Shown in pieces: positions 1 to 8,636 of a stretch of DNA of 32,000 nucleotides. Under the pieces are notes generated by a model. That model saw nothing but the letters and a program-made list of their open reading frames with translations, was not told the origin of the DNA and did no database searches. Location: NCBI GenBank assembly GCA_041657425.1, contig JBBABY010000003.1, forward strand, positions 1 to 32,000. Reading direction: 5' to 3'. The first letter of the stretch is position 1; each line of letters starts with the position of its first letter. The translations under genes were made by a program, and so were the position numbers. The DNA is from an archaeon (lineage in GTDB: Archaea; Iainarchaeota; Iainarchaeia; Iainarchaeales; CSSED10-239).

Positions 1-761
1 AAGAACGTATTATAAATGATTTGAGAAATATTGGCGTCTGCGTATACGACCGTGATCCATCTTCCGGAAAACAATTATCTTGTTTTGACGAGGATTGCCC
101 ACACCACAGTGGGAGTGTAGATGGTATCGCTCAAGGGTTTGAAGAGTCAAAAGAGTGGCATATTTTAGAAATTAAAAGTGCTTCCAACAAATATTTTAAT
201 CTCATAAAAAAGCAAGGGGTTCAGAAGATCAAGCCACTCTATTACGCTCAAGTCCAAGATTATATGAGGTGGTTTAAGTTAACAAGAGCCTTCTTTTTCG
301 TTGTAAATAAAGATACAGACGAAATTTTTTCTGAACGAATATACTACGATAAAGATTTTGCAGAAAGACAGGCAGATAAGGCAAAGCGCGTGGTATATTC
401 GTCGATACCATTGGAGAAGTTGGGAGACAAAGAAACATCGTTCTGCTGTAAATTCTGCGACCACGCGGATTTATGCTGGCACGGCGGACTCCCCCTTGTG
501 AGTTGCCGCACCTGCGCTTTCTCTACCCCCGAAGTAGACGGCACGTGGACGTGTGGACGTTTTGAGAAAAGGGTGATTAGTGAGTTTGAACAGAAGCAGG
601 GTTGTGTGGGACACATTTTTATTCCGGAACTTGTGCCGCTTCGGTTAATTGGTGCAGACCCGGAAAAGGGCACTATCGAATACGAAGGGGGTATTATAAA
701 TGGCGCTGGGAATGTATTGAGCGTGGATTTGGAAAAGGTTATTAATAAGAAAAATATCTGA
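1..761 (+). CDS. RecB/Cas4-like PD-(D/E)XK exonuclease with Fe-S-type Cys motif (5' end cut by window edge)
   Basis: The frame is open back to base 3, so the N-terminus lies upstream. GSVDGI ... HILEIKS ... YYAQVQDY fits the D / ExK / QxxxY nuclease core. CKFCDHADLC is the CX2CX5C signature of Cas4/AddB-type Fe-S nucleases. There is an extra Cys-rich C-terminal ~90 aa. Confidence 0.75.
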   Translation, partial: ERIINDLRNIGVCVYDRDPSSGKQLSCFDEDCPHHSGSVDGIAQGFEESKEWHILEIKSASNKYFNLIKKQGVQKIKPLYYAQVQDYMRWFKLTRAFFFVVNKDTDEIFSERIYYDKDFAERQADKAKRVVYSSIPLEKLGDKETSFCCKFCDHADLCWHGGLPLVSCRTCAFSTPEVDGTWTCGRFEKRVISEFEQKQGCVGHIFIPELVPLRLIGADPEKGTIEYEGGIINGAGNVLSVDLEKVINKKNI

Positions 762-818
762 TATTTAAACTTTTCTATTCTACAAAGTTATAAATACTTT
801 TGAAACAATGGTATTATT

Positions 819-977
819 ATGTGCATCAAAACAACATCCATAAAACACCCAAACACAGATTGTTGCAACAACCCAACATGCGACGTTTCATTAACCCCGC
901 CGTTTCTTGTGCCGGCACGATGTTGGTATTGTGGGAAGTTGTGTAGTGAGTGTGGAAAAATAAACAACAACCATTAA
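819..977 (+). CDS. small Cys-rich protein (52 aa)
   Basis: ORF below the track cutoff: MCIKTTSIKHPNTDCCNNPTCDVSLTPPFLVPARCWYCGKLCSECGKINNNH. It has 9 Cys including CWYCGKLCSEC and lies on the same strand as its neighbours. No clear SD. Confidence 0.35.
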   Translation: MCIKTTSIKHPNTDCCNNPTCDVSLTPPFLVPARCWYCGKLCSECGKINNNH

Positions 978-1000
978 ATACTAACGCGTTCTATACATAC
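971..1000 (+). promoter_or_regulatory. promoter-like box TTAAAT(974-979)-N12-TATACA(992-997), 5 nt before ATG 1003
   Basis: CCATTAAATACTAACGCGTTCTAT (971-994) matches 27809-27832 at 22 of 24 positions. No SD lies between the box and the ATG. Confidence 0.4.
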
Positions 1001-1002
1001 AT

Positions 1003-1161
1003 ATGATAACCTTCCCATTATGCCCGACACAACTTTATGACGGAATAATTATCGGTGTTAATGCAGACACACTCAAAGTAAAATTACCAGATGGTCGTGT
1101 TGCAACGGTGAAAATAAAGGGCGATGAGTTTGAAGCGACGTATGAGGGGGAGTATGAATGA
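1003..1161 (+). CDS. hypothetical small protein (52 aa)
   Basis: MITFPLCPTQLYDGIIIGVNADTLKVKLPDGRVATVKIKGDEFEATYEGEYE. Its stop overlaps the next ATG (ATGA). Found by hand, below the track cutoff. Confidence 0.45.
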   Translation: MITFPLCPTQLYDGIIIGVNADTLKVKLPDGRVATVKIKGDEFEATYEGEYE

Positions 1162-1316
1162 GTATAACAAAAGATGAAAATTTAAAAATTCGCCATTTAA
1201 TGGCAACGATTGAAGCGATGGAAGGAACAAACATTCCTTTCCCTACAGCAAGGAAAATTTTTGAAGTATATAAAGAGTTGAAGGAAATCGTGGGTAATGA
1301 AGAAGTGGAAGGGTAA
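1158..1316 (+). CDS. hypothetical small protein (52 aa)
   Basis: MSITKDENLKIRHLMATIEAMEGTNIPFPTARKIFEVYKELKEIVGNEEVEG. ATGA overlap upstream; the next ORF starts 2 nt after its stop. Confidence 0.45.
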   Translation: MSITKDENLKIRHLMATIEAMEGTNIPFPTARKIFEVYKELKEIVGNEEVEG

Positions 1317-1318
1317 TT

Positions 1319-1540
1319 GTGACAACAGACGATTCTTACGGCAAACAAAAAGTTGATTATCACAAATTTATAAATTGTGTTGTTGTAATAGGATTTTTCA
1401 TTTTGATTTTGTCAACAATAACATTATGGTGCGCGCTCATTGGTCATTCTGATATAAAACTATTTTGCTGGGGGAGCATTTTTGGAGCGACTTTGATTAT
1501 TGAAGGAATGCTTGCATCATTTTTTAATATGGGGGATTAA
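1319..1540 (+). CDS. small membrane protein (2 TM)
   Basis: Track ORF with a GTG start. Hydrophobic segments VVVIGFFILILSTITLWCALIG and IFGATLIIEGMLASFF. Packed between same-strand ORFs. Confidence 0.55.
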   Translation: MTTDDSYGKQKVDYHKFINCVVVIGFFILILSTITLWCALIGHSDIKLFCWGSIFGATLIIEGMLASFFNMGD

Positions 1541-1674
1541 TGTCCCACGAATACGCGCGTCGTCAGTTGATGGTGAAGAAGAAAGAGGAACCCATTCTTG
1601 ACCCTTTAACTGATAAGGAGGAGTTGGAGAATGAGTTTGATAATGAGACCATGTACGAGAATCCGTTTCCGTGA
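1540..1674 (+). CDS. hypothetical acidic small protein (44 aa)
   Basis: MSHEYARRQLMVKKKEEPILDPLTDKEELENEFDNETMYENPFP. Its ATG overlaps the upstream TAA by 1 nt, and its stop overlaps the next start (GTGA). Confidence 0.4.
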   Translation: MSHEYARRQLMVKKKEEPILDPLTDKEELENEFDNETMYENPFP

Positions 1675-2162
1675 AGGTGATTGTGATGGTAGAAAATAAA
1701 TTAAAAATTGCGATGATTATAATTTTCACAATTGCCATTATTTTATGTGGATATTATTATCAAAAATCATCTCATGTTATAATGATTGGTAATCAACCCG
1801 GTTGGTGTGAAAATAACGGTGATTTTCATGCGTTTATTTATGATGCATATGGGAAGGGAGAATATAAAGGAAATTGGAGTCAAATAAAAAATTTCCTCGT
1901 TTACCAACATAATAAATATAGTGTGGATTTTATAATAGACTCACCAACCTTTGGAAGTGGGAGAACCGATGATATACGATATTCGTTGGATGAATATATT
2001 ATAATGAAAGACAAGCAATGCGGGAATGGAACTCCATTACATTATGGGTTGGATATTTTAGATCCCGGTTTAAACTCTGTTGTTTCTAAACCAACAATCG
2101 TTCCAACAATGATGGCTACATATGATTATTTAAATTCACAATTTGGGAAAGTTCTAGTATGA
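1671..2162 (+). CDS. hypothetical protein with N-terminal TM anchor
   Basis: Track ORF of 163 aa. The start is GTG 1671 or, more likely, ATG 1686 (AAGGTGA upstream). N-terminal IAMIIIFTIAIILCGYYY, then a soluble domain. Confidence 0.6.
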   Translation: MKVIVMVENKLKIAMIIIFTIAIILCGYYYQKSSHVIMIGNQPGWCENNGDFHAFIYDAYGKGEYKGNWSQIKNFLVYQHNKYSVDFIIDSPTFGSGRTDDIRYSLDEYIIMKDKQCGNGTPLHYGLDILDPGLNSVVSKPTIVPTMMATYDYLNSQFGKVLV

Positions 2163-2293
2163 CAGATGAATCGTGGGAATGTGGATACAACTTTACTGGC
2201 GATTGCACTAATGAAGATTGTGGTTTTTATGGATTACCATGTCCGTTTAAAATGTTAAGTGAATGCTCAGTGCATAATGAGAAGTTAAAATGA
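2159..2293 (+). CDS. small Cys-rich protein (44 aa)
   Basis: MTDESWECGYNFTGDCTNEDCGFYGLPCPFKMLSECSVHNEKLK. ATGA overlaps at both ends. Confidence 0.4.
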   Translation: MTDESWECGYNFTGDCTNEDCGFYGLPCPFKMLSECSVHNEKLK

Positions 2294-2571
2294 CCGATCT
2301 TCTTATAGTGGGTTTATTATTAATAATTATTCTAATATTAATAACAGTCTATGCACCCGAAATTTTGTTATATGGCATTCTTGCCGTTTGCATTGTCGGT
2401 TTAATCGTCTGTATCGTGGTTCTAGGAGCGCAATTTATTCACGACCCCGTTGGGTTCTTGTATAGTGGTCTTGTTACGAACAATCCGTTGTTTGTGTTTC
2501 AACAAAATATGATGAATGAATCTGCGAGGATGTTGAATCAAACGATAGTATTAAATACTATTAAAACATAA
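2290..2571 (+). CDS. small membrane protein
   Basis: Track ORF of 93 aa with two long hydrophobic stretches (LLIVGLLLIIILILITVYA; ILAVCIVGLIVCIVVLGA). Confidence 0.6.
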   Translation: MTDLLIVGLLLIIILILITVYAPEILLYGILAVCIVGLIVCIVVLGAQFIHDPVGFLYSGLVTNNPLFVFQQNMMNESARMLNQTIVLNTIKT

Positions 2572-2579
2572 TACTTATA

Positions 2580-2771
2580 ATGACTAAATACAAAAAATGT
2601 GAATGTTTAAAAGAAGAGAATTCCGTTGCGCGATGTGATGCTGTTGATAGATTAATGCGCGGCGAATCTGTTTTTTATTGTCCGAAGTCAAGACTTCAAT
2701 ATCATGTCACGGCAACTTGTTGGAAGGTTGATTTTGATTGGGTTGGGTCGTTAAATGGAAGAAGAAATTAA
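2580..2771 (+). CDS. hypothetical small protein
   Basis: Track ORF of 63 aa with an ATG start, same strand. It overlaps the next gene by 17 nt. Confidence 0.5.
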   Translation: MTKYKKCECLKEENSVARCDAVDRLMRGESVFYCPKSRLQYHVTATCWKVDFDWVGSLNGRRN

Positions 2772-3636
2772 AACAAAGGTTTGTAGTCGGTGTAAGAGGG
2801 GATTGCCGTTAACGAAGTTTAGGAGAGAAAAAAGTAGAAAAGATGGATTGCAAATGTGGTGTAAAGATTGCCAAAGTGAATATGGGAGGGAAAGAAATAA
2901 AATATTACATCCAACGGAATCAAAAATCCGTGATGTTTTGCGTATTTGTAAACAATGTGGAATTGTATTCGAAGTAAAATATCCATATCAACACCCGCAA
3001 TATTGTTCTCGTGAGTGTGCATATATCGGAAATAGAAGTAAAATAAAATGTAAATGCTTGACATTCGGAAAAGAATTTGAAGTGTGGACATCTTATATTG
3101 TTAGGGGTGGTGGGAAATATTGCTCGGTTGGATGTAAATCGATTGCCAGAAGAAAACGTATAAATCGTGTTTGTCAGCAATGTGGGAAAGAATTTGAAAC
3201 CACACAATACAAAGTTGATCACGAAAGGGGGAAATTTTGTTCTGATGAATGCAGTCGCAAATTTCGAATCGGGAAAAAATGGTCAGAGGATAAATGTTTA
3301 AATTTAAGATATATAAGACGTGGTGAAAATGCATATCAATGGAAGGATGGTGTCACATCATTAAATAATCAAATTAGACATTGCACAAAAATGAGAAAAT
3401 GGATTCTTTCTATATTTGCCAGAGATAATTACCGAGATTGGTTCAGCGGATGCAAAGGAACACGCAAAAACCCTATTCAAGCACACCATATAATACCTTT
3501 CCATACAATAATAGAAAAATATAATATAACGACTTTGGAAGAAGCAGAATCATGCGAAGAATTATGGGATATAAATAATGGAATCACCATGTTGAAGAAT
3601 TCTCATAAAGCATATCATGATATGTGGGGGTGGTAA
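2755..3636 (+). CDS. free-standing HNH endonuclease with N-terminal repeated zinc-ribbon modules
   Basis: C-terminal HHIIPF ... NGITMLKNSHKAYH is an HNH motif. Upstream are three repeats of C-x2-C-G-x-x-F-E ... (K/Q)(Y/F)CS-x-(E/G)C, plus a CSRC...CKDC ribbon. Confidence 0.85.
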   Translation: MEEEIKTKVCSRCKRGLPLTKFRREKSRKDGLQMWCKDCQSEYGRERNKILHPTESKIRDVLRICKQCGIVFEVKYPYQHPQYCSRECAYIGNRSKIKCKCLTFGKEFEVWTSYIVRGGGKYCSVGCKSIARRKRINRVCQQCGKEFETTQYKVDHERGKFCSDECSRKFRIGKKWSEDKCLNLRYIRRGENAYQWKDGVTSLNNQIRHCTKMRKWILSIFARDNYRDWFSGCKGTRKNPIQAHHIIPFHTIIEKYNITTLEEAESCEELWDINNGITMLKNSHKAYHDMWGW

Positions 3637-3637
3637 A

Positions 3638-5275
3638 ATGGCAATTCTTCGGGATTATCAAAACGAGGCTGTCCAAGCAGTCTGGAACTACTGGGAAAGT
3701 GGAAACGGTAGAAACGCTCTGATCGTCTCCCCAACGGGTTCTGGGAAAAGCATTATTTTGGCAGAGATGATTAAACGATTATGTTTGGATAGTTCCGACA
3801 TTAAAATATTGGTTATTACCGACACCAGAGAATTAATTTCGCAGGATTACAAATCTATAAAAAACCACTACCCAGAATGCAACATTGGAATTTACAGTGC
3901 GGGGTTACGTGAGAAAAGTGTTAAGCCAACCGTGATTTGCTGTGGCATTCAGAGTATGTATAATAAAGCATATGATTTCGGTCGTGTGGATGTTGTCATA
4001 ATTGACGAAGCTCATTTAGTTTCACCCAAATCCACAACAAGATTCCAGAAATTTTTTACACAACTTCGGGTATCATCACCGCATTTTGTGGTCGTTGGTC
4101 TAACCGCAACACCATTTAGGCTTTCCGACGGAATGTTAAACGAAGGAGACGATGCTTTATTTGAAGATATTGTGTATGTCTGTGATATGAAGAGATTGAT
4201 TAAAGAAGGATATTTGGTAAATGTAATTAGCAAAGGCGGATTGGCGAAAATTGATTTAAAGGGAGTGCGCGTTCAAGCGGGAGATTATAATTCTAAAGAT
4301 CTTGCCTATGCAGCAGATTCGAAGATATTGGTTGAAAAGGCTGTTAATGAAATCGTGGAATATGGTAAGGATAGAAAGTGCTGGTTGATATTTACTTCTG
4401 GTATAAAACATTCAGAGCACGTTGCCGAAGAATTAAAAAAGCATAAAATTGATTGCGAGATTGTAACCGGAGATACACCGTCTGAAGAAAGAAATAAAAT
4501 TGTGGAAAAATATAGAAATGGTAAATTGAGATGTTTGATTAACGTCGGAATCTACACAAAAGGATTGGACGTTCCGGCTATTGATCTTGTGGCGCTTTTA
4601 ACAAGTACAAAATCAACGGGGCGCTACATCCAGATGGTGGGCCGTTCTATGAGACCTTCCCCGACGACAAACAAGGCAAACGCTATTTTGCTCGATTTTG
4701 GAAATAATTGTATTGAACATGGCCCGATTGATTCTATAGATCCAGTAAAGATACATGGAAAAGATATATTTGGGAAACCACCAGCAAAACCGCCTATGCG
4801 TGAGTGCGAGCGTTGCCACTGCATTCACCACGCGCGGTTATCTGTTTGTCCGGGGTGTGGGTTTGTTTATCCGAAAGATGAAGACACCGAAGCAAGGCAC
4901 GGTGCTACCGCGTATTCTGGCCCGGTAATGAGTGATCAAATAAAACCCTACATTATAGATGTAGTTGACACCTACGTTTCCAAACACTCCAAACCGGGAA
5001 AAATACCGTCGGTGAAAGTGGAATTTATTGATAGAATGGATCGTGCCTATCCGATTTGGATCTGCCTTGATCACCGGAACTACGCCGCTGAAAAAGCGCG
5101 TGCATTGGTTCAACAACTTGGAGGAAAATCAAAATCGGTGGAGGAAGCATTAAAAGAATATCCCAATTGGCGGAAAGTTGAAAAGATCGAAGTCCGACCC
5201 GATGGTAAATTTACTAGAGTGACCGGCTTCGTCTTTGCAAAGGGGCAATCGACGCAGCAGAAGTTGGAGGGGTAA
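3638..5275 (+). CDS. SF2 DEAD/DEAH-box DNA helicase (phage replicative/recombination helicase type)
   Basis: Walker A SPTGSGKS, DEAH box IIDEAH, TATP, and a helicase C domain (VGIYTKGLDVP, QMVGRSMR). A Zn ribbon CERCHC...CPGCG follows. ATG 3638 sits 1 nt after the HNH stop, behind GGGGGTGG. Confidence 0.9.
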   Translation: MAILRDYQNEAVQAVWNYWESGNGRNALIVSPTGSGKSIILAEMIKRLCLDSSDIKILVITDTRELISQDYKSIKNHYPECNIGIYSAGLREKSVKPTVICCGIQSMYNKAYDFGRVDVVIIDEAHLVSPKSTTRFQKFFTQLRVSSPHFVVVGLTATPFRLSDGMLNEGDDALFEDIVYVCDMKRLIKEGYLVNVISKGGLAKIDLKGVRVQAGDYNSKDLAYAADSKILVEKAVNEIVEYGKDRKCWLIFTSGIKHSEHVAEELKKHKIDCEIVTGDTPSEERNKIVEKYRNGKLRCLINVGIYTKGLDVPAIDLVALLTSTKSTGRYIQMVGRSMRPSPTTNKANAILLDFGNNCIEHGPIDSIDPVKIHGKDIFGKPPAKPPMRECERCHCIHHARLSVCPGCGFVYPKDEDTEARHGATAYSGPVMSDQIKPYIIDVVDTYVSKHSKPGKIPSVKVEFIDRMDRAYPIWICLDHRNYAAEKARALVQQLGGKSKSVEEALKEYPNWRKVEKIEVRPDGKFTRVTGFVFAKGQSTQQKLEG

Positions 5276-5277
5276 AA

Positions 5278-5547
5278 ATGCCAACACCAATACAAGAAGC
5301 AAGAGATAGGGGAAAGATGCAAACTTGCGATCCGGTTGTGTTTGAATTTTTTATATCTGGGATTGAGTGTTTTGTATTTTCGCTTATCGTATTACACCTT
5401 CTACCAAATAATACGCCATCATTAGCGGCAGCGCCGATTTTATTTTTTGGGATAACAATGCTCGTTATATCTATTATTGCATTGTTATATATGGGATATG
5501 TTCGATTTTCTAATTGGTTAATTAAGAGATTGAAGGAGGAAACATGA
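5278..5547 (+). CDS. small membrane protein
   Basis: Track ORF of 89 aa with two hydrophobic helices and an ATGA overlap downstream. Confidence 0.6.
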   Translation: MPTPIQEARDRGKMQTCDPVVFEFFISGIECFVFSLIVLHLLPNNTPSLAAAPILFFGITMLVISIIALLYMGYVRFSNWLIKRLKEET

Positions 5548-5822
5548 CAAACCTAAACTACATCGAAACCTACGACTGCATTAAAAACCCAGAACCATGC
5601 GATCTTATTTGTATGATAAAAAGCATGTGGGCATATGCAGATATTGGTTATTTCAAATACGACAAGAACACGCGTGAACTTGAATTGCACACCGGTGGAT
5701 GGAGTGGCAACGAAGAAATAATTAGTGCTCTCGAAAAGAATAAAGTGTTTTGGATATTGTATTGGCAAAAGACGGAACGCGGCGGGCATTATTATTTTAA
5801 TATACCGAAGAGGAAACCATGA
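5544..5822 (+). CDS. conserved-looking hypothetical protein (HTGGWSGNEE motif)
   Basis: Track ORF of 92 aa, translationally coupled on both sides, with AGGAGG upstream. Function not recognised. Confidence 0.6.
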   Translation: MTNLNYIETYDCIKNPEPCDLICMIKSMWAYADIGYFKYDKNTRELELHTGGWSGNEEIISALEKNKVFWILYWQKTERGGHYYFNIPKRKP

Positions 5823-5923
5823 CAATAAGAGAAACATTAAATGGCGCATCAATTTTTGTATTATGGGCAGTAGTGGCATTATTGATATGGTGGATTCCGA
5901 GAAAGGTTTGTGGGGTGGTGTGA
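5819..5923 (+). CDS. tiny membrane peptide (34 aa)
   Basis: MTIRETLNGASIFVLWAVVALLIWWIPRKVCGVV. ATGA overlap with the upstream stop. It fills the gap before ATG 5927. Confidence 0.3.
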   Translation: MTIRETLNGASIFVLWAVVALLIWWIPRKVCGVV

Positions 5924-5926
5924 GGT

Positions 5927-6382
5927 ATGAAACACACATTTATTTTTATTATAATGTGTATGCTAATTGGCTGCACATTGTTTGGTCTTGTTTTATATTT
6001 TACACACGAGCAAGATATGTCATTTAAAACAAATGATATTGTTTATAGTAATTACTGTAATTTTTTATATAATTATTTGGGGGTGGATAAAAATTACAAT
6101 TTCGCATATCAAAATTATACACATGAGGATTTTACATATATTCCACATTATGTAAAATTTCATATTCGACACGAACAAAAAGGAATAAATGTTTCTATAA
6201 AAATGAGTAATGAGTGTTTTCGAAATACACAAGAAATGTATAGTTACACCGATAACAATTCCGAAGTTGATTTCCCTATGATAAGTAGTGCAAAGTATAA
6301 TATATTAATAGACAATAATAGATGTAGTTATTATATTTATCCGAGTGAGAGTTATTATGATATTTATTGTGGGGTAGAATGA
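5927..6382 (+). CDS. putative lipoprotein
   Basis: Track ORF of 151 aa. N-terminus MKHTFIFIIMCMLIGC has a signal peptide followed by a lipobox-like LIGC. The mature part is rich in Tyr and Asn. Confidence 0.6.
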   Translation: MKHTFIFIIMCMLIGCTLFGLVLYFTHEQDMSFKTNDIVYSNYCNFLYNYLGVDKNYNFAYQNYTHEDFTYIPHYVKFHIRHEQKGINVSIKMSNECFRNTQEMYSYTDNNSEVDFPMISSAKYNILIDNNRCSYYIYPSESYYDIYCGVE

Positions 6383-6383
6383 A

Positions 6384-6668
6384 ATGACAACAACACCATA
6401 CTATGAATACACACAAGAACAACACGACGAAATAGTTATGAACCTTTTAAAGATTCAAATAAATTTGCCCATCAATAAAGCAGAGCGTGAATGCAGGATA
6501 ATTGACGGCGCGGTTAAAGATATTTATAAAATTTTATATGCGAAGTCCGAACAAAAGGTTTATAATCCTGTAACGGGAAAGTATTATAGTATTTGTAAAC
6601 GATCTAGCGTGAATAAAAATGCTGGTAATATAAAAGGGATGTGGGGGAAGAAATATAAAAATATTTAA
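6384..6668 (+). CDS. hypothetical protein
   Basis: Track ORF of 94 aa; its ATG is 1 nt after the upstream stop. Confidence 0.6.
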   Translation: MTTTPYYEYTQEQHDEIVMNLLKIQINLPINKAERECRIIDGAVKDIYKILYAKSEQKVYNPVTGKYYSICKRSSVNKNAGNIKGMWGKKYKNI

Positions 6669-6756
6669 CATCATTTCAGAAATTTTAAAGACTGCTCTTT
6701 CTATTTTAATTCCATGTTTTGTAATTTATTTAGTAATTGTTGTTGCGCAAACCAAT

Positions 6757-6963
6757 TTGATTATAAATGTTGCGTTTGTTATTTTATTTTGGATTTCTGT
6801 ATGGTTTGTTTTAAATTATACATGCCCAGAATGGGTTTGTTCTTTAATAGTCTCGTTAGTTGTAACTGATATTGGGTCGTCTATTGTAGAAAATATTTGC
6901 AATTATATTCCACACACTCACTACCCGGCGCGAAGTAAACGAAGGAGGTTTACAAGAAGATGA
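6757..6963 (+). CDS. small membrane protein (start uncertain; frame open from 6634)
   Basis: Track ORF with a TTG start. The same frame upstream encodes another hydrophobic helix but has no ATG/GTG/TTG (see findings). Its end overlaps the VRR-NUC start (ATGA). Confidence 0.5.
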   Translation: MIINVAFVILFWISVWFVLNYTCPEWVCSLIVSLVVTDIGSSIVENICNYIPHTHYPARSKRRRFTRR

Positions 6964-7319
6964 AAAGTAAAACAACAAAACAAGCTACCGAGGCATCGCA
7001 CCAATACGGCTTCTTGATTTGGTTTCACCAGAAGTTCCCCGGCGTTTTAATTTATCATTGTCCGAATGGAGAAAAACGTTCTATAAAAACCGCTGTGCGC
7101 TTAAAGAAGATGGGCGTCGTGGCAGGCATACCAGATTTGTTTGTGCCATCGTGGGCGTTATACATTGAGCTTAAAAGGGAAAAAGGTGGGGTTGTTTCCG
7201 AGGCACAGAAAAAGATAATGACATACCTTCAGAGAGTTGGTTATACTTGCTTAGTGTGTCACGGGGCTACAGAGGCGTCTATTAAAGTATTAAAGTTTTT
7301 GGAGGAGAGAAATAAATGA
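6960..7319 (+). CDS. VRR-NUC domain nuclease
   Basis: GIPDLFV ... YIELKREKG ... SEAQKKIMTYLQRVGY is the PD...ExK VRR-NUC signature. Size is 119 aa, with AGGAGG upstream. Confidence 0.85.
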   Translation: MKSKTTKQATEASHQYGFLIWFHQKFPGVLIYHCPNGEKRSIKTAVRLKKMGVVAGIPDLFVPSWALYIELKREKGGVVSEAQKKIMTYLQRVGYTCLVCHGATEASIKVLKFLEERNK

Positions 7320-7344
7320 ATATAATACCCAGTGGAGGTATTTA

Positions 7345-7569
7345 ATGAAGAAAATAATCTATCCCGAAGATTCCGATTACGAAGATTATAAAGACATTTA
7401 CGACGAGTGTGAACATTGCCACGTGCTTGTCAATTTTGATGCACTGGATGACGAAGATGTTATATATGAAAAACAAGGATACGAAGAATATTGTGGATTT
7501 AAAGTGAGCGCGCCCGACGCAGTTGTTGGATTTGTTTGTCCGGAATGTGGAAAAAAGAATAAGTTTTAA
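7345..7569 (+). CDS. small zinc-ribbon protein
   Basis: Track ORF of 74 aa with CEHCH ... CPECGKKNKF and GGAGG upstream. Confidence 0.6.
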   Translation: MKKIIYPEDSDYEDYKDIYDECEHCHVLVNFDALDDEDVIYEKQGYEEYCGFKVSAPDAVVGFVCPECGKKNKF

Positions 7570-7570
7570 A

Positions 7571-7861
7571 ATGAAAGACCACATTTTTATAGACCCACCC
7601 GAACCACGAAAAATGCGGATATTAGATTTTTATAAATTGAAGTGGATATGTATTTCTATAATTTTTGTTAGTATCTCCATTATTTTTCAATACATCCAAG
7701 ACCCGACAACTTTAACCACGATTGGATTTTTTAATAAAGTGATTGTGGAAAATGTTTCACCTGTTATTAGTGTTGCATCATCTTTGATAGCAGCAGTAGT
7801 TATTTCTCCAATTGTGGAATTTGAATGGGTGTTAGTAAAAGAGATTTTAAAAAAGTTTTAA
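7571..7861 (+). CDS. small membrane protein
   Basis: ATG 7571 lies 1 nt after the upstream stop. The track's 7523 start would overlap by 47 nt. Two or three hydrophobic helices. Confidence 0.6.
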   Translation: MKDHIFIDPPEPRKMRILDFYKLKWICISIIFVSISIIFQYIQDPTTLTTIGFFNKVIVENVSPVISVASSLIAAVVISPIVEFEWVLVKEILKKF

Positions 7862-7863
7862 AA

Positions 7864-8454
7864 TTAATCACACTCATCCTTCTTCTCGCACGTGGGTGGG
7901 GTGTATTTTTGAAGTTCGGGTGGAACACACTCTTTAATTTCTTCAACTTCGAAATTCATAAATTCGCAAAATATACAAGTGACTACAATTGTAAATAGAA
8001 AAACCGGGACAAAATATTGATTCCCGATGTTTCGTGCAGTTTCATTAACCGAAAGGCAACCGGCCCCAAGAATAATACTGGCGATACATCCACCAAGCAA
8101 TGATAATGATATTGGTGTTCCCTCCCATCTTATAATGTGTGTATGATTGCGTGTTTTCCTCATCAAACATTTAACGAAACCTTTTGTCGCCGGTTCACAA
8201 TCCGGGTTTTTAAAACCAGCAAGTTCTTCCTTTGTGAAGTATGCGACATTTCCATTCTCACCATAAAGCGCGATTGGTTTGTTATTATCTATTCGTTCTT
8301 TAAATTTAAGATTGCTCGTTTTTGTAAACTTCTCCATCTCCTCCACGGAAGAGAAATAAGCAGTCGATCCATCTTTGCTGTGTAATGCGATCATAGGTGT
8401 TTGTTTTACAAACTTTCCCATTCCGTCGCGTGGTTGTTTTTCTTTTTTGGTCAT
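7864..8454 (-). CDS. C-terminally membrane-anchored protein with duplicated N-terminal module
   Basis: The only minus gene in a plus-strand region. The repeat is ALHSKDGSTAYFSSVEEMEKF / ALYGENGNVAYFTKEELAGF. Two C-terminal TM helices. ATG 8454 is preferred over TTG 8481. Confidence 0.6.
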   Translation of the reverse strand: MTKKEKQPRDGMGKFVKQTPMIALHSKDGSTAYFSSVEEMEKFTKTSNLKFKERIDNNKPIALYGENGNVAYFTKEELAGFKNPDCEPATKGFVKCLMRKTRNHTHIIRWEGTPISLSLLGGCIASIILGAGCLSVNETARNIGNQYFVPVFLFTIVVTCIFCEFMNFEVEEIKECVPPELQKYTPPTCEKKDECD

Positions 8455-8636
8455 GATTATCAATATACGTATTAGTCTCAAAACATAATAAACCTTTCCC
8501 CTCGCGCGTTTTTAAAATATCTTTCATCTTTTTTACATTTTCATCGTAAGTAGACGAAAAGTATATAAACTAGAAGTGCATACATTGTAGTGTCAATCGA
8601 TGAAACGATTAGACGTTTTTAGGAGAATTTTAAAAT

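Noticed and set aside
5553-6027. A 128-aa minus ORF (5553-5939) and a 100-aa plus ORF (5725-6027).
   Set aside because: They conflict with a chain of translationally coupled plus-strand genes (5544-5822, 5819-5923, 5927-6382). Their sequences look low in complexity.
8482-8636. A possible terminator or small RNA in the 155-nt divergent spacer (hairpin AATCG-N6-CGATT at about 8596-8611).
   Set aside because: The stem is only 5 bp and AT-rich. It lies between two divergent starts, where a terminator makes little sense.
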